From positions 177,630,001-177,694,000 of the forward strand of contig OZ024740.1 of the NCBI GenBank assembly GCA_964016885.1: DNA of 64,000 nucleotides, read 5' to 3'. This stretch comes from Eledone cirrhosa. Lineage: Eukaryota. A program made the translations under genes and the position numbers. Below the pieces are notes generated by a model. The model had not been told where the DNA came from. It did no database searches and saw nothing but the letters and a program-made list of their open reading frames with translations. Of this stretch, positions 42,677 through 54,543 are shown in pieces; within the stretch, counting starts at the first letter, position 1; each line of letters starts with the position of its first letter.

Positions 42677-44912
42677 ACAAACAGCATGTGGTAGTAAAAA
42701 TAAATAAAACAAAATAAAATGAAATACAAAAACAAAAACAAAAAACAAAAACAAGCAAGTTACGAAGGTTTAACGATTTAAAATGTAAATATAGAAGATA
42801 TTATTATTCTAAACTAAAGAATTGAATAGAAAACCTTATTAAATTAATTAATATTTAAAATGCTTAAAAGATAGTATTGGTCCCTTCGAATAGAATAAAT
42901 TTTAAGTCATCAAAGTCGTATAAATTTAGGGTATTTTAATAAAAACTATAATTTAATATACATTATGATCCGTTCAGACGAATTACGTTATCAAAGAAAA
43001 AACTCTAAATAAAACTATGGTAGACCAATGGGAACAGAAATAAGTGAAACTATGGAGGATAGGAAGGATCGTAAAAGTAAAAATTAATATATAAAATAAT
43101 ATAATAAAAAGGAGTATGAAAGTAGAATTTATATATAATAAAATAAAAAGGGGCGAATATTAAGTGTGGAAGGGAGGAGGTTCGTTAGTTTTAGATGTAG
43201 GAGACTCAAAAATTAAACTATTCAATAAGATACAAACTTACAAGGCGATAATATTGAGTAAAAATGTAATAATGTTTAAGATGATAGATATGGTAAGGTA
43301 GCTAATAAGACAATGAAAACTAAAATTCGAAAATCGAGACAACCGTAAAAGATTAATAATAATGGTAATAATAATGAATTAAATCCAAAGAGATAGGGAA
43401 ATATAGCAGCTAATGGATACGGTTTAAACTACCAGAATTTTTAGGTCTATAATAGAAGAAAGAATTAGAAATGGCATGCGCACAGGAAGAAAATATCTCA
43501 GATTTTCTATTAAGCAATAAGCTCCTAGAGAAAATTATAGAATGGGTCTCTAGGACACAAAGATTACAGAATTTAGTGTGTGTTACTAGGTGATTAGAGT
43601 GTGCTACTATTCGCCAATTTAGGCTATATGGTATACCAGCCCCTTTTAAATCCCAGACGTGGTGTGCCAAAGAAGTAGAGTTCTTAAACTGGATGTGCTT
43701 AAAATTAGAAATACGTGAATTAAACCTAGTTTTAAAAGTATTAGAAGTGGAGCCTATATATGTGCTACAAGAAGAATTGGTCTTAAATTCACATGCATAA
43801 ACAATGTTCCTAGAGAGGCAGTGACCGTTTAAAGGGCAGTTATTATTTACTCTACAGTTATTACACTTCCGGGTACTAGTGGTTAGCTGATTACGCGGTG
43901 CATTATTCCTAGGGTTATTATAAGATAAGATCTGCTCGGGTGGTAAGTTATCAATAGAGCTATCTAGATTAGCAGTACGCAAAGAGGAGTAGCTATCCCT
44001 AATTTTCCTATTGTTAGTGCTAGCTAGATGAGAATTAATGTTAGGGGTGGTAGAGAAGGAGAGTTTAATTACGTTTTTATTAAATATACCATGATATATA
44101 TTAGTAGGAGGGAAATTTTTCTCTAAAATAGAAAAGAAAGACCTAGGGATATTAGATAATACTTCATGATCAAAGGGCGGGTTAAAGTAATTATTGAGTC
44201 TCCTCCTATTCTTACCTTTACTATCTCTACCGTGATCCGGTATCCTATTAATAGGATCAGGGTTAATACGAGGACCAGTTGAATTAACATTATTAGAAGC
44301 AGTTAAAACATTACCACTGGGTGAACGTTCAGAGTGCCTATCCTGCTCCCTAGAACTGATCTCGAAATGCGTACCATTAGACTCACTATTCCGACTACTA
44401 TTTCGGTAGCTAATCCTGGGGTTCGGTTTGGATATATTTGTAATATTTCTATGATTCCTATATTTTCTACTCCCATTCAAGGCCATATTATGGGATATTA
44501 CATTATTATGGGTAATCGGAGTCATTCCAAGGTTGTCCTCCTTATAATGTATTTTACCAGAGTAACCAGAGTTAGCTAGGGCGTTATTATAGTACTCTGC
44601 ATGTGAATTAAAGATTCCTATATCCTTGGAGAGTGTGGAGATTCTATTAGATACACCATTAATTATAGAACTAATCATAGATTTAGGGTGGTTGGAATTA
44701 GGATTAACGTAAGAGAGTGTCTCATTAGGCTTGTAGAAGGGTTTATAACTAATAGTGACCAAGTCTAATGTCACATCTAAAAAGTTGACTGCTCTATTGT
44801 TCTTATTAATCATGATCGAAAGGTTAAAATTTTTAAAAATTTATATAGTTTCTTCCTATTATGCTCAATGTTATTAGTGCTAGAGTCTATCACAAATAAT
44901 GCATCGTCACGA
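42677..44912 (-). mobile_element. Inverted, doubly truncated duplicate of the PLE segment 48319-50560
   Basis: ORF 43410-44813 is essentially identical to the C-terminal ~467 aa of ORF 47210-49822; the 3' UTR matches up to 50560; only scattered differences. Confidence 0.97.
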
Positions 44913-45191
44913 GAATAAGGGAATAATCTATATATGTATATTAATATAAGTTTCACTTTATGAATTTCAGTTTAAAATCAATTATAAGATAATCACCGAC
45001 AGAGGGCTAATATTTATAATTTTGGGTTATTTTCCACAATAAAGTGAAACTTATATTAATATACATAATCTTTGGGTATTTTCCACGAATTGGCATAACT
45101 AGCTCCCTGCCGGTCATTTCAATGCAGATATTGTTAAAGGTGAAATAACATAGTTCTAATTGATTTTAAACTGAAATTCTGAATAAAGAAA

Positions 45192-46179
45192 ATGCCTGGA
45201 CGTCCACCTGCACCAATTTTCATTGTTGAAAATGTTAATTCATCACAGCAGACGTTAAATATGGATTTGAAAATGAGAGAACTGGCGATTTTAACTGCAA
45301 ACAAACTCAGTATTATCGAATTTATGGCTCGGAACCGATTACTTTCAAACACTATGAACTGTCCTTCATGTAATATTTCCTGTTCATTTGTAAGTTACAA
45401 AGAAGGAATCGACCAATTTCGATGGAAATGTAAGGTATGCAGTTTAAGAAAATCTGTCCGCTCTGGGTCATTTTTTTTTTCGAGGCCACTTAGATTTACA
45501 TCAAATGATTTATATGATTTACTTCTGGTCAATTGGGTTCGAAAATATTATTATTGCTGACGAGATTCGGTGTAGTGAAAACACCATTATTGACTGGTGC
45601 AACTTTTTACGGGACGTGTGCAGTGAATGGGTGGATCGAAACCCATCAAAACTAGGTGGAATGGATGATGACGGAGTCCCAATAGTTGTACAAATCGATG
45701 AAAGTAAATACTTTCATCGAAAGTATGCTCGTGGGACCTGGCATGAAGGCCATTGGGTCATTGATGGGATCGATACCAATAATCCCAGAAAAAGTTTTCT
45801 TCGAGAAATCCCAGATCGCACTGCTGAGACCCTGCTACCCATTATACAAAACCATGTGCTGAGTGGATCCATGATACATACGGACCGATGGCGTGCGTAC
45901 AATCCCATACGACATATGCCTGTTAATTATCAGCACTCTACAGTGAATCATTCACTAAATTTTGTCGATCCGGTATCAGGAACGCATACCCAACATATTG
46001 AAGGACTCTGGTCTCATGCAAAAAAAATAAATAAATAAATAAACGGCACTAGCCGACCCATGTTTCAGTCATATTTGAATGAATTCATGTGGCGGTGGCG
46101 AAATGACAGCTTTATGAGTGGAGACGGTAGATGTTTCCCAAAGATTTTAAACTGTATATCGGAACAATATATTGTTTAA
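45192..46179 (+). pseudogene. Merlin (IS1016/ISXO2-like) DDE transposase with two frameshifts
   Basis: N-terminal CPSC...WKCKVC..SVRSGSFF, IIDWCNFLRDVC, VQIDESKYFHRKYARG, IHTDRWRAY, TVNHSLNFVDPVSGTHTQHIEGLW and YLNEFMWR; frameshifts at the T-run 45471-80 and A-run ~46020-27. Confidence 0.9.
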
Positions 46180-46405
46180 AGAAATATTTTTTTCTTTTTT
46201 ATTGTTGCGATATACAGTTTAAAATTTGCTTCCAAAAGTCCAAAAAGATATAAATCTTTAAAAAAATTATAATAATTCTTTATTATTATTTTCTTTTTCT
46301 GTAAATAATTATTTTTCTATATATCTCAAACCCTGCCAAACACCACATCTGTCCATCTGTAAATTTAAATGACTGTTCTTTCATACTTATCCTCTTCAAC
46401 TACAC

Positions 46406-46541
46406 ATGGACATTTGTCTTACTGTGGAGAAGGAATTAGAAACAATTTTATCAAAATTCACTGCTATTCGGGAACATACAAAGCGAACGTTGGGTGGCAT
46501 ACCAACTTCTGTTGATAATATAAGGAAAGAAATCAGTGAAG
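46406..46541 (+). pseudogene. RMND5: Isolated RMND5-like (CTLH/GID E3 ligase subunit) first coding exon
   Basis: MDICLTVEKELETILSKFTAIREHTKRTL..IRKEI resembles the recalled RMND5A/B N-terminus (MDQCVTVERELEKVLHKF...LKHEI); ends at a phase-1 donor G|GTATTT; no further exons recognised. Confidence 0.7.
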
Positions 46542-47209
46542 GTATTTATTACATTTTGATTGCATTTTTATTACAACCACTAATACTTACTATTATACCG
46601 AGGGGCCCTGCCCGTTCGGGAAAGGCTCTACAGACACGGATTCCGGGACGGAAACCCCTTGGAAAAGAAGTGTCCCAGATGCGTTTGCAACGAGGAAACT
46701 GTGGGGATATGTCGCCGGCCAACAAATGGTCCTCTTGGAGAAAAGGGCACTCAGTCCCAGCCAATTCCATGAAAGATGGGTGAAAGTAGCAATAATGGCC
46801 CGTGTACGTGGGCCATCTCTCTATATCGGCTTGTACAGGTAAGAGAAGAAGGGAGCACCCCCCTCTCTAATAAATCGCCAAAAGAAAATAATTAAAAAAA
46901 TCTATATTTCTTTTAACGGCTAAAAAAAGGGGGGAATGTAAATTTGTTGGAATAGCCTCATACATTGAAGTAAGCAGCAACTGCAGCAAGTAAGCGGCAT
47001 TTAGGCCGCTAAAATTGGATATCGCCGACTTTTGGTGTATTGAAGGCTTCTTTGTCTATTTTTATAATTTTTCGGCTCTGTTGTATTACATTGAGCTATA
47101 CCCTATACTGTCATTTCTATAATACGACGAGTGTGTTTTACTCAAAGAAACTCTCGTATTTTAATTCTTATTACGGCTCCCGATTGATTGAGCTTTTTCC
47201 TATATACTG

Positions 47210-49822
47210 GTGTTTCGGCCTTTATATATATCTGACAGTATGCTAACAAAGAGCTACTTGCCTTTATCTCTGAAGAATATTCCCATCCCCTCTAGAAATA
47301 CTTATGAAAAACTCTTGATTGCTAGCGTTAATTCATTCGTAAAAAGGATTAGATGGCGTGCTTTCCACTTTGATATTAATAAGAATAGGACTAACCCCCG
47401 GGATAAGACTCCCTTCAATAACTTCGGCTTCAAGACTTATAAAAGTCCACCACATAATGTTCTATTAGATAATTTCGAGAACGATTTACTTTCCCTTGTC
47501 AAAAATATAAAATATAAACCGCATAATAAATATGGTAACTATAATAAATTTGACAAGTTCCAGTCTAAACTTAGGAATATTGTTAAGGATTTTAAAGGGA
47601 ATAAGTCTATTCTTGTCCCGGCTGACAAGACTAAGAATCTTTACTCTATGGATTATATTACTTACCGTAGTTTTATTTATAAGGAGCTACATAAAAATTA
47701 CAAAAAGACAACGCAGGATAATTTGGATCAAATCAATAATGAGGGCCTCAAGATAGTTTCGGGTCTGGGTTTTGATAAGTATACCCAACCATATTACCCT
47801 AGGGAACCGAGATTCACGCTTAAGGATCATAAGATAGACTTCATAAGTAATCCTTCTGTTAGACTTATCAGTCCTTCTAAGTCTGATATAGTTATAATTA
47901 GTAAGAAAATCCTTGACCTGATTTTACCTACCGTTAGGGAAAAGGTTCCTTTTAATCTATGGGGAAATACTAAGGATGTTATAGATTGGTTCTCTGGTAT
48001 CAATAGACTTGAGTCTAGTAGGTTCATCCAATTTGATATTGACGCCTATTACACGTCAATTTCACCTATCCTCCTTAATAAGGCCTTAATAATGGCCATG
48101 CGAATGTCTAGTCTTACGCGACCCCAGATTGATATTATACTAGCCGCCCGTAGGACTATCATCAAATTCGAAGATAAACTTTGGACGCGTAAAAACACAC
48201 CCAACAATTTTGACGTTACAATGGGTTCGAGTGATTCGGCCCAGGTAACTGATCTTGTTGGGCTGTTCCTCTTGAACGAACTGTATGTCAGCTTTCCGCA
48301 CATTGAAGGAGGACTTTATCGTGACGATGCATTATTTGTGATAGACTCTAGCACTAATAACATTGAGCATAATAGGAAGAAACTATATAAATTTTTAACA
48401 AATTTTAACCTTTCGATCACGATTGATAAGAACAATAGAGCAGTCAACTTTTTAGATGTGACATTAGACTTGGTCACTATTAGTTATAAACCCTTCTACA
48501 AGCCTAATGAGACACTCTCTTACGTTAATCCTAATTCCAACCACCCTAAATCTATGATTAGTTCTATAATTAATGGTGTATCTAATAGAATCTCCACACT
48601 CTCCAAGGATATAGGAATCTTTAATTCACATGCAGAGTACTATAATAACGCCCTAGCTAACTCTGGTTACTCTGGTAAAATACATTATAAGGAGGACAAC
48701 CTTGGAATGACTCCGATTACCCATAATAACGTAATATCCCATAATATGGCCTTGAATGGGAGTAGAAAATATAGGAATCATAGAAATATTACAAATATAT
48801 CCAAACCGAACCCCAGGATTAGCTACCGAAATAGTAGTCGGAATAGTGAGTCTAATGGTACGCATTTCGAGATCAGTTCTAGGGAGCAGGATAGGCACTC
48901 TGAACGTTCACCCAGTGGTAATGTTTTAACTGCTTCTAATAATGTTAATTCAACTGGTCCTCGTATTAACCCTGATCCTATTAATAGGATACCGGATCAC
49001 GGTAGAGATAGTAAAGGTAAGAATAGGAGGAGACTCAATAATTACTTTAACCCGCCCTTTGATCATGAAGTATTACCTAATATCCCTAGGTCTTTCTTTT
49101 CTATTTTAGAGAAAAATTTCCCCCCTACTAATATATATCATGGTATATTTAATAAAAACGTAATTAAACTCTCCTTCTCTACCACCCCTAACATTAATTC
49201 TCATCTAGCTAGCACTAACAATAGGAAAATTAGGGATAGCTACTCCTCTTTGCGTACTGCTAATCTAGATAGCTCTATTGATAACTTACCACCCGAGCAG
49301 ATCTTATCTTATAATAACCCTAGGAATAATGCACCGCGTAATCAGCTAACCACTAGTACCCGGAAGTGTAATAACTGTAGAGTAAATAATAACTGCCCTT
49401 TAAACGGTCACTGCCTCTCTAGGAACATTGTTTATGCATGTGAATTTAAGACCAATTCTTCTTGTAGCACATATATAGGCTCCACTTCTAATACTTTTAA
49501 AACTAGGTTTAATTCACGTATTTCTAATTTTAAGCACATCCAGTTTAAGAACTCTACTTCTTTGGCACACCACGTCTGGGATTTAAAAGGGGCTGGTATA
49601 CCATATAGCCTAAATTGGCGAATAGTAGCACACTCTAATCACCTAGTAACACACACTAAATTCTGTAATCTTTGTGTCCTAGAGACCCATTCTATAATTT
49701 TCTCTAGGAGCTTATTGCTTAATAGAAAATCTGAGATATTTTCTTCCTGTGCGCATGCCATTTCTAATTCTTTCTTCTATTATAGACCTAAAAATTCTGG
49801 TAGTTTAAACCGTATCCATTAG
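47210..49822 (+). CDS. PLE polyprotein: reverse transcriptase + Cys-rich linker + GIY-YIG endonuclease (first ATG at 47240), probably Naiad-like
   Basis: SLKNIPIP, VPADKTKNLY, TLKDHK, RLISPSK, QFDIDAYYTSI, FDVTMGSSDSAQV, GLYRDD, NFLDVTL, FNPPF, CNNCRVNNNCPLNGHC, NIVY..TYIGST..FKTR, CNLC and LNRKSE..CAH; 870 codons without a stop. Confidence 0.95.
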   Translation: MFRPLYISDSMLTKSYLPLSLKNIPIPSRNTYEKLLIASVNSFVKRIRWRAFHFDINKNRTNPRDKTPFNNFGFKTYKSPPHNVLLDNFENDLLSLVKNIKYKPHNKYGNYNKFDKFQSKLRNIVKDFKGNKSILVPADKTKNLYSMDYITYRSFIYKELHKNYKKTTQDNLDQINNEGLKIVSGLGFDKYTQPYYPREPRFTLKDHKIDFISNPSVRLISPSKSDIVIISKKILDLILPTVREKVPFNLWGNTKDVIDWFSGINRLESSRFIQFDIDAYYTSISPILLNKALIMAMRMSSLTRPQIDIILAARRTIIKFEDKLWTRKNTPNNFDVTMGSSDSAQVTDLVGLFLLNELYVSFPHIEGGLYRDDALFVIDSSTNNIEHNRKKLYKFLTNFNLSITIDKNNRAVNFLDVTLDLVTISYKPFYKPNETLSYVNPNSNHPKSMISSIINGVSNRISTLSKDIGIFNSHAEYYNNALANSGYSGKIHYKEDNLGMTPITHNNVISHNMALNGSRKYRNHRNITNISKPNPRISYRNSSRNSESNGTHFEISSREQDRHSERSPSGNVLTASNNVNSTGPRINPDPINRIPDHGRDSKGKNRRRLNNYFNPPFDHEVLPNIPRSFFSILEKNFPPTNIYHGIFNKNVIKLSFSTTPNINSHLASTNNRKIRDSYSSLRTANLDSSIDNLPPEQILSYNNPRNNAPRNQLTTSTRKCNNCRVNNNCPLNGHCLSRNIVYACEFKTNSSCSTYIGSTSNTFKTRFNSRISNFKHIQFKNSTSLAHHVWDLKGAGIPYSLNWRIVAHSNHLVTHTKFCNLCVLETHSIIFSRSLLLNRKSEIFSSCAHAISNSFFYYRPKNSGSLNRIH

Positions 49823-51487
49823 CTGCTATATTTCCCTATCTCTTTGGATTTAATTCATTATTATTACCATTATTATTAATCTTTTACGGTTGTCTCGATT
49901 TTCGAATTTTAGTTTTCATTGTCTTATTAGCTACCTTACCATATCTATCATCTTAAACATTATTACATTTTTACTCAATATTATCGCCTTGTAAGTTTGT
50001 ATCTTATTGAATAGTTTAATTTTTGAGTCTCCTACATCTAAAACTAACGAACCTCCTCCCTTCCACACTTAATATTCGCCCCTTTTTATTTTATTATATA
50101 TAAATTCTACTTTCATACTCCTTTTTATTATATTATTTTATATATTAATTTTTACTTTTACGATCCTTCCTATCCTCCATAGTTTCACTTATTTCTGTTC
50201 CCATTGGTCTACCATAGTTTTATTTAGAGTTTTTTCTTTGATAACGTAATTCGTCTGAACGGATCATAATGTATATTAAATTATAGTTTTTATTAAAATA
50301 CCCTAAATTTATACGACTTTGATGACAAAATTTATTCCATTCGAAGGGACCAATAATATCTTTTAAGCATTTTAAATATTAATTAATTTAATAAGGTTTT
50401 CTATTCAATTCTTTAGTTTAGAATAATAATATCTTCTATATTTACATTTTAAATCGTTAAACCTTCGTAACTTGCTTGTTTTTGTTTTTTTGTTTTTGTT
50501 TTTGTTTTTGTATTTCATTTTATTTTGTTTTATTTATTTTTACTACCACATTCTGTTTGTTCTCCTATCATCATCATCATTATTTCTTTACTATCACTTG
50601 CTGTTCGTCTTCCTGTAATTTGCTTTGCATCATAACATGCCTCCCTATATTAATATATCAATCGCGTAAATATCTCTTAAACATTTTCCATTGGCTCTGT
50701 CTGTCTGCATTTATATACTTTTATATTATTATATTATTTATTATTATAATATTAACATTTATATATCATATTATTTCTATGTAATTGTATTATACGTATT
50801 GATATAAGTCAGATATTTAAGGTACTGTTTTGTAATATTTTGTAATATTTTATGAATGTAAAATCCATATACCTCTGTATATTTATTATCATTACTCTAT
50901 GTATTTATATATATAGATTTTTTTTCAACATACTTCAGCTTTATGATATTTTTTCTTACCCCGTGAAAAACTTTATGTACAATTTGTTGACAATAAGTGA
51001 TATGTATGATGTAGTTTTGTATATATTTTTTGATATCAGTAGATTATTCTATTATTTTTTGTTTAACTTATATTTTTTTGAATAGTTTATTTTTTGTATA
51101 GTGTATGCGCACCGTCAGGGTGTTTTTATATTGTAGAGAGTATATTTATACTTATTAAGTGTTAGTATGTGTTTGTGTAAGTGTGTATATATATATGGAT
51201 ATATATATACATATATTAAGCTTTATATTTCTTATTACCCATTATATTGTATTCTATATCATATTGTAATTCCCACATTGTATTACCATGTTGTATTTAA
51301 TTTATTTGTCTCATACTGTAATATCAACGTTGGTTTGACACTTTACTCACTTTATTGCCCTATAGTCTATATTTGTAACTGCATACTTTTTCCTTCATAT
51401 CTCTCATAAGCTTTCATGAATATGTATTCCCTATTCTTCTGAGTTTTGGCTAGTTTCTGGCCGTTAATGCTTCTTATCTGTTTACTT

Positions 51488-51528
51488 GCCCTGATGAGTC
51501 CTGATTAATGGGACGAAACATTGTAGGC
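51488..51528 (+). ncRNA. Minimal type I hammerhead ribozyme in the PLE pLTR
   Basis: Stem I gcc/ggc; CTGATGA at 51491-97; stem II gtcc/ggac; GAAA at 51515-18; very short stem III aca-t-tgt; GTA triplet at 51523-25; followed by aataaa. Confidence 0.88.
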
Positions 51529-51675
51529 TAATAAAGACTTTTGATGTATTGAAGGCTTCTTTGTCTATTTTTATAATTTTTCGGCTCTGTTGTATTACAT
51601 TGAGCTATACCCTATACTGTCATTTCTATAATACGACGAGTGTGTTTTACTCACAAGCACTCTAGTATTTTAATT

Positions 51676-51730
<55 letters not shown>

Positions 51731-51910
51731 ACTATCACACAGACATTCATATGAAATTCTCATAAACATTTGACAGATTCATGGGGAAATGTCATAGTTA
51801 TAAGACCGAGTACAAATAGTATTCAGAATATAGAGCATTGGCCTTGCAAATGTTTACTGTAAAGTTTCTAAAATTGATTTTTCCTTTTGCTGTGTATATG
51901 TTTGTGTGTA

Positions 51911-52079
<169 letters not shown>

Positions 52080-52159
52080 GTGCGCGTGTGTGTGTTTGTG
52101 TTGGTATGTGTGTGTTTGAATCGGCATTTGTACAAATATGCAGCTGCATTCACTGCTAT

Positions 52160-53605
52160 TATGTCATTCGAAATCATGGAAGTGAGGCTGTGACTGAAGT
52201 TCTTATCAAAATCTATAACAAAATCTGGCACACTGGAGATTGGCCATCACCGTGGACCCAGTCACCCATTATCACAATCCTCAATTAAGGCAATCTACAA
52301 CACTACCAAAATTATAGAACCATCAGCCTTATGAGACACACAAGCAAAGTGATGATAAAAGTCATTCTGAACAGACTTAAGTCACAAACTGAGGAAATCA
52401 TTGCGGAGGAGCAGGCTGGTTTCCGTTGCAGAAGGAGCATTACAGAGCAAATTTTCAATTTGGAAGTTCTATGTGAGAAGTACAGCCAACACCACCAGGA
52501 TCTGAACCATGTGTTTGTTGACTTCAAGAAAGCCTTTGACAGGGTAAGGTATGATGCGTTGTGGGCGACCATGAAGAAATATAACATGGGCCAAAAGAAA
52601 ATCCACACGATATAACAGCTGTATGCGAAAGCCTCAAGTGCGGTACTGGCCCAAGTCACGATGGGGGGATTGGTTCCATACGTGAATAGGAATCCGTTAG
52701 GCCTGTCTCCTCTCATCAACACTGTTCAACCTCTTCCTTGAGGGCAATTCCCGCTCAATCAGTGTAGGAGGACGAACTGTCACAAACTTAAGGTTCGCTG
52801 ATGACATCGATGTCTTACCTGGAAGTGAAGAAGAACTCGCCGAGCTGGTGAACCGCCTGGATATAACCTCTACTAGATACGGCAGGGAGATCCACGCTGA
52901 GAAAACCAAACTGATGACAAACATCTCACAGCCAACAGAAACAATGATCACCGTAAATGATCAAGATCTGGAGACTGTGACGCAGTTCAAGTGTTTTGGC
53001 GCCATCATCAGTGAAGAGAGATCAAAGCCAGAGGTCCTTGCAAGGAGTGCACTAATAGCCGCGGCACTTATTAAACTGAAACCATTCTGGAGAGGTAAAA
53101 CATATCACCCTCAAGTACAAAATATAACTCCTGCGTGTGTTGGCCATGTCCAATATTTTATACGCATGCGAGTCACGAAACCTAACTGATGAATTGCAAA
53201 GAAAGATACAAGCAGTGCAGATGAGATGTTTTAGGATAATCCTGGGAATCTCCTACACAGAACATATGTCGAAAGAGGAAGTCCACAAAAGAATCCCCAG
53301 CATGTGAGCGACTTTGAAGATCTGCTGACCACGGGGAAGAGGAGAAAGCTGGGGCGGTAGGGGCATTTAACAAGATCAGACGGACTCACAAAGATGATAC
53401 ATAAGGGAACAGTGTTGGGAAAGAGAACGCGAGGCAAACAGGGGAAGCGATGGACAGAAAACATAGCTGAGTGGACAGGAAAGAACTTTGCCACAACCCA
53501 AGTACTCGCCCATGACTGTCAGAGATGGAAGCAGTTGGTGCAACGTTCAACAGTGCAGTAACCCAACGACCCCGAAAAGGGTTAGGGGACCATGATGATG
53601 ATGAC
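52160..53605 (+). pseudogene. 5'-truncated RTE-clade LINE (RT region to 3' tail)
   Basis: NYRTISLMRHTSKV, EEQAGFR, FVDFKKAFDRV, NLRFADDI, EKTKLM and ILGISYTEH; (gat)n tail at ~53592. Confidence 0.9.
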
Positions 53606-54543
53606 ATAAATAAACATACATACATACATACATATTCATATACATGTGTTTGTGTCTGTATATATGTAGCGTTAGGTAAGAATGTTATAGTAAGCTTTTG
53701 TTTTCTTTTATGTTGTATTGTTCAGCAAAATATCTCAAGTCTTTAATATTAGAACAGAATTATTCTGATGACAAGACAAACGAATTTGCATTGCTATCCA
53801 GGCGAATGGAATTGCTCTAGTATTGGAAGTAGTATTGGAAGAGGACAACTGGGTGAAAGCGCTTGTCCTGGTGGTCAGAATGACCGTGGCTTTTCGTGGG
53901 CTTTCTCCACGAGTAACACTCGGTGGCCTCGCCCTTATGGGGGGAAATTTTCCTTCGTTTTTATTTCAAGTTTTGGGATATCATTTCTTTTTTTTTTTTA
54001 GACGCAGAATCCCGCAATGTACCGTCCTGTGCTGTCCTTGATGTATGTTTTTGTAAACACTTTGTGGTTAATAAAGAAAACATCATTATTATTATTATCA
54101 TCATTAAGTCTGACTTTGCATTTTATGTCCCAAGAATAAAAATGTCAAACGTAGTAGCAAAGTTAAAGTTTTCTTATGACACGTCACGTTTTCATGGCAT
54201 GAGAAGCTTATTGACAAAACACATAGAAACATAGAATGTGAATTTGGAAATATCTGTGACGTTTCAATGAGTGAATGAAACGCAATAAGACATTATATCT
54301 ATCTATCTATCTATCTACTCTCTCTGAATAAAGAAACATATCTATCTCTCTCTATATAGGACGTGCGGTAGAACGCTCGTAAGTGTTTGTAAAATTTTCA
54401 CTACAAAAACAGAATTCATTGTGTAAAATGTTATATTGTTTGATAGATTAACACCCAGGCTGAATTGTCAGCTGGGTGGCAATCTCAGTTTTCGCCCCGC
54501 AGGGGCGGAAATTTAATTTAAAAAAGTTGACAAGTTTTAAAAA

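Larger units (their letters stand above)
47027..51680 (+). mobile_element. Young, apparently full-length Penelope-like retroelement with partial direct terminal repeats
   Basis: 47027-47171 is repeated at 51536-51680; intact ORF; 1.86-kb 3' UTR with hammerhead; the 3' end joins (TA)n. Confidence 0.93.

Noticed and set aside
47210-51680. Selenocysteine recoding, reported for some Naiad PLEs
   Set aside because: The ORF has no in-frame TGA and ends at TAG; no SECIS recognised
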